A program made the translations under genes and the position numbers. The notes below the pieces were generated by a model. It did no database searches, was not told the DNA's origin, and saw only the letters and a list, made by a program, of their open reading frames with translations. Of a stretch of DNA of 64,000 bases, positions 1 through 10,022 are shown in pieces. The stretch spans positions 436,364 through 500,363 of the forward strand of contig ML996696.1 of the NCBI GenBank assembly GCA_010356995.1. Reading direction: 5' to 3'. Each line of letters opens with the position of its first letter. Within the stretch, counting starts at the first letter, position 1. The DNA is from Trichodelitschia bisporula. Taxonomy: Eukaryota.

Positions 1-1711
1 AGGCTGCGGTGCCGGGAACACATTTACTGTACCGAGATGATAATCGGCGGCGGACAGGCTCTCAAAACTTTTCATGGTGAGAGTGTCGACCTCCACCTCT
101 TCCTTGGTGTGGACATTGATGAGGCGTAGCTCCGGCGGGAGGCCATTCCGGCGGCGGGGCAGACCGCGTCGCGGGGTAGTGTTGGTGGGGACGGGATTGT
201 CGTTTTCGTCGTGGGTAAGATGGGCGAGGACAAGAAGCAAAGATGGGGTATAAAGCGACAAGCCAGATATGATACAGTCATCAAAACGCAAACTGCCCGG
301 CGGTTAGCTTCAACCTCAAGCAAGACCAGGAACTCACAGATGTAAAATGGTCGCGGTCGCGGCCACGCGCTCCCCAGCAGCCTTCCCAATGCCAGGGCCC
401 TCGGGCGTAACACTGAGCACCCAGGCCGTGTCGCCCCAGCCAACGACGAGCTTCTCGACACGCTTCTTGCTCGTACCGTTCTCCGTGCCCGACTGACCTT
501 GCGTACGGCCGTTAGCCGGCACATCTTCATCAGCCTCGAGGTTCTTGTCGTCAATCCACTCGACATGCGCCTTCCACGCCGCCGCCATGTCCTCCCACTG
601 GTCGCGGGACGGCCGGTCGACATGCGCCACGCGTTTCCACGCGCGGTCCGCGTCCGCGCTTTCGAGGCGCAGGTTCGATCGCATGATTTTGAAGCCTTGC
701 TCATTGACCCAGACCACAAAGCGTCCGCTCAGTGACCACTTGATAGTGTTGATGGCGCCCTCGCCCGAGTGTAGCACAGTGTCGCGTCCCGTGTTCGCCA
801 TGAGCCCTATCGAGCTTAGCCACCCCGATGCCGCGGCTGCAGTACTGTTTATGTTCGCATTCGCGCTGACGCCGCTCTTCCCACCCGTCGTCAGAATCAA
901 GTTTCCGTCCTTGTCGCCGGAGAGGAAACTCCGGTCGGACTTGTACTCGGGTGACAAGGCGACGGCGTTGAGGCGGCGACCAAAGTTCCGCAGCTGCACA
1001 TCTTTTGGATCGACAAGCGAGGAGACACACACGTGTCCGTCCATGGATGAAGTCGCGATGAAGATGGAGTTTGAGGGTGTGGGCGGTACGGGCGCAAGCG
1101 CTTGCCGGGCAGGGCGCGAGGGACTGGCTCCCGAAGCCACCGACCCAGATCTCGAGGGGGAGCTCGTCGGAGCTTCGTTGGACGGTCGCGCAACTACATC
1201 TAGTCGGCCTGTGGGACGGGGCGGCGGAAATGGTGAAATGGAGACGGCGGTTACGGAGGCGGAGTGAGCATGGTAGGCGCGAAGAGGTTGGAACGTCGGG
1301 AGGGAAAGGACACTCTAGAGCACGCGTTAGACCACTTCAATCAGCAAGTAAAGCTCGTACAATATTGCCATTATCCGTGCCCAAGATCTACTAGACTTAG
1401 CATCCGTGCCTCTCGCTATGCGCGCGGCGCCATACCATCTTGTCGCCGGCGACGAGGAAGGCGCTCGTCATATCACCGCCGCGGTACACGCTCCCCAAGC
1501 TGGCCGTGAGGCGCATATACTTGAGCTTCGGCTCTTCATCCTCGGTCTCGCCATCGTCTGTGGTGTCATCAGCTGTCTGTGAGGGTGCAGCAGGCGTAAC
1601 GGTAGATGTGGAGGTAGGCGTGACTGAGGTGGCCGAGGGAACCTCTCGTGAGGGCTTTGGAGGCGGCGTGCGTGGCTCATCGGCCTGCTCGTCCTCCGGT
1701 TCAGCTCTCAT
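1..1711 (-). CDS. VPS41: Vacuolar protein sorting 41 (HOPS subunit), N-terminal WD40 part; gene runs off the window start
   Basis: Exons 1711-1436, 1387-1361, 1314-338, 292-<1. Introns GTATGG..TAG, GTACGA..CTAAC..TAG and GTGAGT..CTAAC..CAG join EPKLKYMRLT..DKM/ILGTDNGNI/SVLSLPTF..YHAHSASVTAVSISP..IATSSMDGHV..AVALSPEYKSDRSFLSG..LHSGEGAINTIKWSLSG, typical of fungal Vps41. Confidence 0.9.
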
Positions 1712-2005
1712 GCCGTTTGAGAGACACGCGGAGGAGATAACAGTGTTGCAGGTAGTCGACTGGTGTTGATTGCTGGTTTTAGAGTACAGTAGGTGTTGGC
1801 GGGAGAAGTTGGCGCTCGACGTGTGTCCGTGTGGCGCTAGTTGTGGCTGGTGAATGCAACTGACGACAGAGGGCGCAGTTCACGAGAGAAAGTTCAACAC
1901 CAACCATCTGAGCATCGTTAAACCTCTTTCCGGCAATTCGGCGAAAATAATGGTCACCATTCCCTCACATCCCACGGAGCGTTACAGATAGGAAGAAGAT
2001 ACTAG

Positions 2006-3301
2006 ATGATTTGTCTATTTCGCCTTGCCCGCCCCAGCGTCGCCCAAGGTGCACGCTCTGCCTGCGCATATCCGCCATGGCAAACCGCCCGGATGCTATC
2101 TCGCACGCCCTCATACTGGAAAAAGGCCGAACAAGATGCGCTTCCAAGTGATGATAAGAAGGCTCCCCGAACCAAAGGCCAAAATTCCCTCCGGCGCGTA
2201 TCCCTGGAAGCCGAACGATCCAGGATCGTCGTCAAGGGCCGGGGAAAGCATCAGTTCGTCGATCCAGAGCTCGAGACGAAAAAGGTGGCCGCCTACTGTG
2301 CCGCAGAGCAATACGACATCCACACCTGCGCGCGCCTCCTCCGCGCCGACGGCCACACCCTCGACCCGCACGGAACTGGCCTCTACCCGCAAGTTATCCA
2401 CATCCAGCCGACCACGGAGCCAACCGACGACGCCGGCGACATCTTCATCTTCCCCTCCGGCACCGTGGTAGCCTGGAACGTGCCCGACCGGACCGCGCTG
2501 CGCCTCGTAGAACGTGTCCTCCCGCCCGCCGCCATCAACTCCGCCCCGGGCTTCGTGGAAGTCGAGAAAGAAGACCTAGCATTCATATCCGACCCTTCCA
2601 GTGCCCGTAGCACCATCGTCGGCGACACCATCATCCTCGGTACGGCGCCCTCGGGGCTAAGGGACGGTCCCTCCGCTACGGAGACAGACGCCGTGTTCGC
2701 TAAAATCGCCTTCTCCTCCGGCCTGGCACGCAGTACCAAGCTTGCAGTGCTGGAGCGCCTGCTTGACACGTACTTCCACAGCACGCGGGGAATCCCGACT
2801 GCGCTATCACGCGGATCGCGGCTGCCGTTCGCGCACAACCCGGTCCTTCGGCGCGTGGCTGAAGTGCTCGGTCTGGGGGCCCGGCTGCCGTTCACGCGGC
2901 CGTTTATCCTGCGAAAAACCGGGGAGCTGCTGAGTATACGCGCGCAGCTTAATTTGTACTCGGAGCTGACGGATTCGCTGCCGGATTTGTTCTGGGACGC
3001 GAAGCATGAGCTTGGGCTTGAGGATTACTATGATGTGGTGGGTCGGGCGCTGGATGTTGGCGTTAGGATCAAAGGGTTGAATGAGAAGATGGATTATGCG
3101 CAGGAAATTGCAGCGGTGATGAGGGAGACTCTGAGCGAGCGGCATAATCTGCGGCTCGAGTGGGGGATCATTATTTTGATTTTCATCGAGGTCATGTTCG
3201 AAATCAGGCGCCTGTTCAAGGAGTATAGGGAAGCACAGGATCCTGACAGTGTGGATGAGCTGCTGAAGCGATACCTTAGAGCACAGCAGGAGGGGAGGTA
3301 G
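2006..3301 (+). CDS. DUF155 / RMD1-RMND1 family protein, probably the mitochondrial MRX10-like member
   Basis: Intronless 431-aa ORF. Arg/Ser-rich presequence-like N-terminus; motifs AYCAAEQYD, DIFIFPSGTVVAWN, AFSSGLARSTKL, LDVGVRIKGLNEKMDY, LEWGIIILIFIEV (C-terminal TM) match the DUF155 family. Confidence 0.85.
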   Translation: MICLFRLARPSVAQGARSACAYPPWQTARMLSRTPSYWKKAEQDALPSDDKKAPRTKGQNSLRRVSLEAERSRIVVKGRGKHQFVDPELETKKVAAYCAAEQYDIHTCARLLRADGHTLDPHGTGLYPQVIHIQPTTEPTDDAGDIFIFPSGTVVAWNVPDRTALRLVERVLPPAAINSAPGFVEVEKEDLAFISDPSSARSTIVGDTIILGTAPSGLRDGPSATETDAVFAKIAFSSGLARSTKLAVLERLLDTYFHSTRGIPTALSRGSRLPFAHNPVLRRVAEVLGLGARLPFTRPFILRKTGELLSIRAQLNLYSELTDSLPDLFWDAKHELGLEDYYDVVGRALDVGVRIKGLNEKMDYAQEIAAVMRETLSERHNLRLEWGIIILIFIEVMFEIRRLFKEYREAQDPDSVDELLKRYLRAQQEGR

Positions 3302-3436
3302 GCTTGTACAAACATCACGCAACTCCATGTGGCACAGAATAGTAGACATTAATAACCGTCTTTGCCACGTCAATCCTACGTAGTGATGAAACCGTCGTGA
3401 GAGGAACTATGAACGCCGTTGCACCCGATCCTGCAA

Positions 3437-6400
3437 CTAGCGGGCATCGGTGATGCGACCCCCCTTGCGAAGGACAGCGTCGCGCAGCTGGCCGAGAACA
3501 GCCTGCATGCTCTGCTGCTCCTTCTTAAACTGACGCACCTTCTCTTCAGTAGCAATCTTCCTAGCACTCTCGTAGGCGTCGTCATCATCATCCTCCGGCT
3601 CAAGAGAAAAGGTCCTACCAGCTCCCTTCTTCGTTGGAGTAGCAATTGAAGAGCGGAACCGCGCAGAGTCCCTAAGCTTGGTGGGCGTCTCGCCAGACAA
3701 CATCAAGCCCAACTTCCGCATCTGAGTCTCTAAGACATCGACATCGCCGCTCTTCTTCTCAACCATGCCTGTGAGCTTCTTGATGGTGTTTTCAACAGCC
3801 TCTACGGTCGGCATGTTCGACCCGTTTTTGCCGGCACTCTTGGTAGCCAACTTCGCGCGAGAAACCACAAGGCTCTCCTCAGCTTGGGCAAGCTGCTTCT
3901 GGAAATCCGAAAGTTTCTCGCGAAGGTCCTGCTGCAGCGCCGCGTGCGGCGGCTCCAGAGGCGCAGCGCGCATGGACGCCTTGCGCGCAGGATTGTTCTG
4001 GGCTTCGAGGAAGCGGCGGACCTCGATGAGCTTGTTACGAGTTCCAAGCAGCTCCTTCTTCATCTGAGTGAGCTCGCCCATCAGAGTCCCGACATCTGAG
4101 ATGCGGGCTTGCTCAAGCTGCGGCTCCAATTCCCTGCTGATGATGCTCTCCAACTTGGTTGCTTCCACCAAAGTCCAATCTTCATCGTCCTCAAGATCAT
4201 CCACAGTGCAGCGCTTGTCATCAGATCCTTGCATATGGCCACTGAGGAAGTTGCCTAGGGTCCGAGCGTTCAAACCGAGTGTATCGATCATCGAGTTGAC
4301 ATCACGGTACACACGCTCAATCTGTCCAGGGATGCCTTGCTTCGAGACACGACCTGCATAGTCCTGATGCGCCAGGAAAGGTTCCAACTTCGTGGTCGGC
4401 TCCGGGGGCGCAACGAGCTCAGCACGGATCCGCTCATCCTCGTCATCGCTAAGATCCACCGTGAAGCTAGGCTCCGGGGTTGGCTCACGTTGAGGCTTCT
4501 CCGGAATCACGGACGACCGAGGAACGACCTGCTGCGAGGGCTGCGACTGGGGCCCGAAGCGACCAACTGGGGTAGAAGCCGACCGAATTGGCGAAGGAGA
4601 ACGAGGGGGATCTGCCGCAACGGGGGCCTGGAAGATAGCTGGAGCTTTGGGGAAGCCGGCAGGAGTAGTAGTGGCAAAGACTGGTGACTCGTCCGCTCTA
4701 GGAGGGCTAGGAGCCTTGGGAGGAGGCCGAGGGCGATCTGGAGTAGTCGTCTGCACGAACCCTGAGCTAACAGGAAGGGAGGTATAGAACCCAGCCGGGG
4801 TCTTGACAGTGGACGGATCCGGAGGCAAGGGGGCCTCTTCTTCGACCTCAACCTCTGAGCCTTCCTCCTCGTCAGACTCTTCAGATTCTTGAGACTCTTC
4901 ATCTTCAGAGCCATCCGCACTATCGGATAACTCTTCAACGTCAACAGGAGGGCTTCCAGCAAGGGGTGGAATCTCCTCCACTTCGGAATGCTCCTCCGAA
5001 TTCTGCTCGTTGCTAGGAGGCGCGCTAGACACAGCGGAACTAGACGCCAGAGTAGCCGGCGATGGAATCGGCTTGGAGGTAACCTGCGGGGGGAGAGGCT
5101 GCTGAGTAGGCTCAGGATCCTTAGACGGGCTAGCTTCCTTCGGAGGGTTGACGAATGAGAAAGGAGCCTTCTTCTTCTTCTCCTCAACTTGTGGCGTCGG
5201 TGAGTTCATAGAAGGCGCACCGAAGATTGACTTCTGCTCAACAGCGGGCTGCGGGGTGACACTCTCGCTCTTTTGGGCTGGCTCAGACAAACCAGACATG
5301 AAGCCGGTACCGAACATCGAGCCTTTCGATTCCTGGGCGGTCTCGGCCTTGCCTTCAGGGGCAGGGTCCGGCTTGAAGGTGCTCGAGACCTGGAAGCCTT
5401 CCGAGGGAGCGCCGAAGAGACCCGAAGCCGGTGTCTTCACAGTAGCATTTTGCGGTGCATCATCCATCATATCGGACTCAGGCGCTTGAGCCACAGCCGG
5501 TTTCGAAGGTTGACCGAACACCGACGACTGTTCAGCGGGCGTCCCGAACAGCGATTTGCCGCCAAGGGTGGATCCGCCTACACTCGAGTCAATCGTCACT
5601 GTTGAGCCGAAGCTGGGCTCGGGAGTCCTACCAAAAGTTGCAGCAGGAGTCGGTGTTGACGGGCTCCCAAATGCCGGCTGACTCGGCTTCGGTGATTGTG
5701 CGAAGGCTGACGTAGAAGCAGGCAGAGCGGCGAAAGGAGATGCCTGAGATGCATTTGCTCCGAGCTTTGCGAATCCGCTCGGGCCAGACGCGCTGGATCC
5801 GAATGGAGGAGCACTTTTAGGTGCGTCACCGCCAGCAGTGGACTGAGTCGCCCATGGGGATTGCTTTTGGCCGATCGCGCTTGTGGCACCGAACGCACTA
5901 CCCGCAGATGCGCCGAAGGCCGTAGGAGCACTAGAAGGAGGCTGGCCAAAGGTACTTGCTTGAGCAAAGGCGGGCTTCCCAAAAGCAGCCGCCTGCGTTG
6001 TGGAAGGTGAACCCCAGGCTGACTTGGTACCGAGTTGTGATGGTGCACCGAAAGCAGAACCTCCCACCTGAGCACCGAAGGCGGAGCCACCCGAAGGAGC
6101 ACCAAAGGCTGAGCCGCCCGTCGGCGCACCAAAAGAGGGTGCACCAAAAGCAGGAGCACCAAAGGCAGGCTTACCGAATGCTGACGCGCCAGGACTGCCA
6201 AGGGCGCCAAAAGGGCTCGCTTGCGCTGGAGCAGTTGGCTTCGCCGCAAAGGGTGATCCAGTCGGAGTCGTCGTTGGGAGTTGCTGAGTCTTCGAAACGG
6301 CCCCTGTGTTTGTAGCAGAGTCCGGGTAGCGGATGTTCTGACGGAGAGCGTCCTTGTAGATGAACCACCACGCACGGAGGATACCTTCATGGTTGAGAAG

Positions 6401-7789
6401 CATCAATGCAGGAAGTGGGAATGGTGAGTAGTCCATCTCATCGCCCACGATCGGTTGCGGTACAGGCTGTTTGCTCGACAAATCCAGTGCCATGCCAATC
6501 GCTGTGGTATCGGACATGGAGTCTTGGATAGACATGGGGAGAGTGGCACGCTTGGAATCATCTGCGAATGTCGTGGTTGTGTACGCTCCAGGGATGAAAG
6601 TAGGGGCTTGATCCTTGGACAGAGGCACATCCGATTGCGTAATCAGACCAACATCAAGAGCCGCCACTGATGTTACCATCACAGTATCGAGCAGATGATG
6701 ACACTTCCGCAGCCGACTGACGTAGTGGGTCGGGGGGAAGCGGTTCATGCCAAAAGGGCCAGCTGGATCGTTGAGCTTCCGGAACATGAAATTCGAGCGT
6801 TCCTTGACCGTCTTAACATGGTGGAGTAGGGAGTCCGGCACCCTGTCAGGCTCATCAGGCGAGCTGGGCGTGTGGAACATCAGGAACTCGTCGTTCGCGA
6901 GCCAGACGATGCTTGACACTGGACATTGTTAGCAGGGGTGCAAGAGTGTGAGATCTTGGATACCATAATGAGTTGGCTGAACGTTAGGTGGTCGAGGGAT
7001 AACGGCCGCAGCGGAGCCATCAGGCTTGAGCTGCATCGCAGTGCCGTCTCCAAGACCAACTACAACCTGCTTTCCTCGATTGCTCCAAGACGCACAGGTC
7101 ACGCCCTCCTTGATGACTTGGTTGCCATTGACACCTGCAACAAACTGTTTTTCTTGCAGATTCGCGAGCATCAGATTCCCGTTTGAGAGTACAACAGCGA
7201 CCTGGTACGCGAATTCCGGTGCGGCGTTAGGAGCAAGAGCCCGGATGGAGATCCCTCCCGTTCCGACTTGGAACGAAGGCTCCTTGTTGTTCTGAAGTAT
7301 CATCTTGGTCTGATAGACTGCCAGACCGCCGCCATTCTCAGCACATATGACCAGGTACTCCCCATCGGAGGTGAATGCGACATGTGAGAGTCGAGGCACA
7401 CCGATGGACAGCTGCGGGGTGAAGTCTTTGACATTATTCGGGCCTCCACCAGGAGCATCAAAGGCAGCACGAGTGGCGTCTGTCGTTGCAATGACAAGTG
7501 TGTCAGGGGAAGCTGCAGCTACAAGTCCTTTCGCTGAGGTGATGCTAAACAGAGAGGATGTGGAAGCCGGGAGGGCGTTGGCCGGCCATGGAGATGGCAA
7601 GAACCGGAGTTTCGCATCGCCTGCAAGCGTCTTGAAGGCCAAAGCCTGCCGAAAAGATTAGTTCTGGTTTGTGCCTTGGAGCATAAGAAATAAGACCTCT
7701 GTAGAAATTTCCGGCAAATCTTGACCAACCTCACTCTGAGCGTTCGCTCCAGGCACCGCCGAAGCTGCGTTGGCGAAACTGAAAGCCAT
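3437..7789 (-). CDS. NUP159: Nucleoporin Nup159/Nup214 (beta-propeller, FG repeats, acidic linker, coiled coil), ~1418 aa
   Basis: Exons 7789-7697, 7645-6964, 6918-3437 (4257 nt, in frame). N-terminal propeller (PSPWP..SSLFSI..KGLVAAASPD; CASWSNRGKQVVVG), PAFG/SAFG repeats at ~5500-6250, acidic stretch, C-terminal IERVYRDVNSMIDTLGLNAR coiled coil. Confidence 0.9.
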
Positions 7790-8177
7790 TGATGTTCCCG
7801 AAGCTACAGGAATATGGTCTTAAATAACCACTTGTAACGGTGTAAATGCTACGTCATCGAGAGTCGAGAATGGTCAACAATCGGGGTCGGGGCCCACAAG
7901 GTACGATGGTGAAGTTGGGACGGAGTCGGGAACCGTGATGCGAAGGTGTTTAAAGGTATGGAAGTTGAGCAAGAACTGCAATAAACTATCTTCAACGTCG
8001 GGAAAAGGCAGGTGGAGATTGAGGATTGAATCCAGGAAGTATTAGCTTTCGGGGAGGATGTACGGGTATGTACCGTACAGCAACAAAGTGGTCAGTCACG
8101 TCGCGGTCTTCCGCAGGCGGCGCCTCACCATAAAGTTCGCGCCTGGTGTTGTGGTCTGTGCGCGACTTGCTGCGGTG

Positions 8178-8232
8178 AGGTGGAGCTTGGCCTTGGCGTC
8201 ACTGCCTCAGGTGGAGCTTCGTTGGTGGAGTT
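8178..8232 (+). promoter_or_regulatory. Tandem Rpn4/PACE-like elements upstream of the proteasome gene
   Basis: AGGTGGAGCTT occurs exactly twice (8178-8188, 8209-8219) plus a variant GGTGGAGTT (8224-8232), ~190-240 nt before the PUP1 ATG. GGAGCT is, as I recall, the proteasome-gene motif described for filamentous ascomycetes (yeast PACE is GGTGGCAAA). Confidence 0.6.
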
Positions 8233-8418
8233 GATGGACTTCAGGCTGCGACTCTGCTGCATCATCATCACCACCTTCCACGCGACAACCACCTCCACAT
8301 CTTTTTCCTAAGCTCCTTCTCGCTTGTAACGTCCCACCCTTCTTGCGTCATCAACTTTCCCGCCATCAGAATACCACTTGGCTGTTCCCTGTACACCATT
8401 CACCACCCAAGCATCATC

Positions 8419-9368
8419 ATGGGCGGCTTCGACTTCAGTAATCACAGCCGCAACATAGCTCTCCACGCGAAGGGTGTGCCTCTTCCCCAGGCTACGAGCA
8501 CTGGCACCACCATTGTCGGTTGTTTATTTGATGGAGGAGTGGTGATTGCGGCGGATACACGGGCCACGAGCGGCCCCATTGTCGCGGACAAGGCAAGTCA
8601 CGTCCAGGTTGTGCATCGCCCTCGTCAGAGCTGGCATGGACTCTGGGGCTGCAATGCATAAAACTACGAGAATCATGCACCGAAACGAGCGAAGCTAACG
8701 AGGCAATGTAGAACTGTCAAAAGCTGCACTACATCGCTCCTCAGATCTGGTGCGCAGGCGCCGGCACAGCTGCGGATACCGAGTTCACGACTGCCCTCGT
8801 TTCGTCTAACCTCGAACTTCATGCGCTGTCTACGGGCCGCAAGCCCCGCGTTGTCACCTGTATGACGATGCTGAAGCAGCACCTCTTCCGCTACCAGGGG
8901 CACATCGGAGCCTATCTTGTCGTCGCTGGCTGCGATCCCACCGGCTCCCACCTCTTCACGGTCCACGCCCACGGGTCGACCGACAAACTCCCATACGTGA
9001 CGATGGGCTCTGGTTCCCTGGCAGCCATGTCGGTGTTCGAGTCCAAGTGGAAGGGCCAGTTGACTCGTGATGAGGCGGTCAAGCTATGTTCAGAGGCCAT
9101 CCTTGCGGGTATCTTCAACGACTTGGGTTCCGGAAGCAACGTCGATGTGTGCGTTATCACGCCCGAGAAAGCGACGCTGCTACGCAACTACATCCAGCCG
9201 AACCAACGGGAGCCGAAGATGCGCAACTACCGCTTTGAGAAGGGCACGACGGCGGTGTTGAGCGAGAAGGTGATCACCCGGGAGGACATCAGCAAGTACG
9301 TAACGGTTCATGAGCTGGGGGAAGACGGTGCGGCTGGCACTGGCGAGAAGATGGAAGTGGATACGTGA
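8419..9368 (+). CDS. PUP1: 20S proteasome beta-2 subunit (trypsin-like site), 276 aa
   Basis: Exons 8419-8592 and 8712-9368. Propeptide MGGFDFSN, catalytic [57 protein letters not shown]. Requires a GC-AG intron (8593-8711). Confidence 0.95.
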
Positions 9369-10022
9369 TTTGGACGGGCTCGGGTGTAGGATGTAACCTG
9401 TCTAGACATGGAGTCGGCGCCGTTATATCAGCTTCCGTTTCTTGGATCGTGTCTCTTTGCTTGCGTGAGATTTCAGCATTCATTTCCACTCTGTGACCCG
9501 GCCATCTGCGGTGATAGTTTACCACATATTACGGGATATATCTCCCATCCCATACTCAACACACCGCAGTTTGCGAAGCACTCCTTCGAATGAGCATCCT
9601 TAGCTGTGGGGGTACAGTGGGCTATTGGCCCACTCGGGATTCACGTGATAGCCATTCAAACCTCGCATGAGCTTATCGATTGCGACGACGCCCGCCGACC
9701 GCCAAGGGCATGAGCAAGCGGTAAGTTGACTTGGACCTCCCCCGGGAGGACCGCCAACAGCTCCGCCACTGATATATGTTACTGCACCACCTCATTCTGC
9801 CAGCGTGGAAGCACAATCGACAACAACCATCGGCACCGCAACGTATTTTCAAGCTTGATTCGAGACCCCTTCGGCGTTCTTGTACCTGACTCGTTGGGCA
9901 AGTGGCCCGCTATCACCCCATCTCCGTGTCACTCTCCCAATTCCGCTCGGAAGACCCCGCAACCCTCAACCGTGTCGCCTCGCAAGCATTCACCCTCAGA
10001 GTCCCGTGGCTCCTTTGGTGTC

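Noticed and set aside
545..1267. 240-aa plus-strand ORF antisense to VPS41, and similar shadow ORFs opposite NUP159, IFM1 and APC2
   Set aside because: Antisense mirrors of GC3-rich real genes; no motifs of their own.
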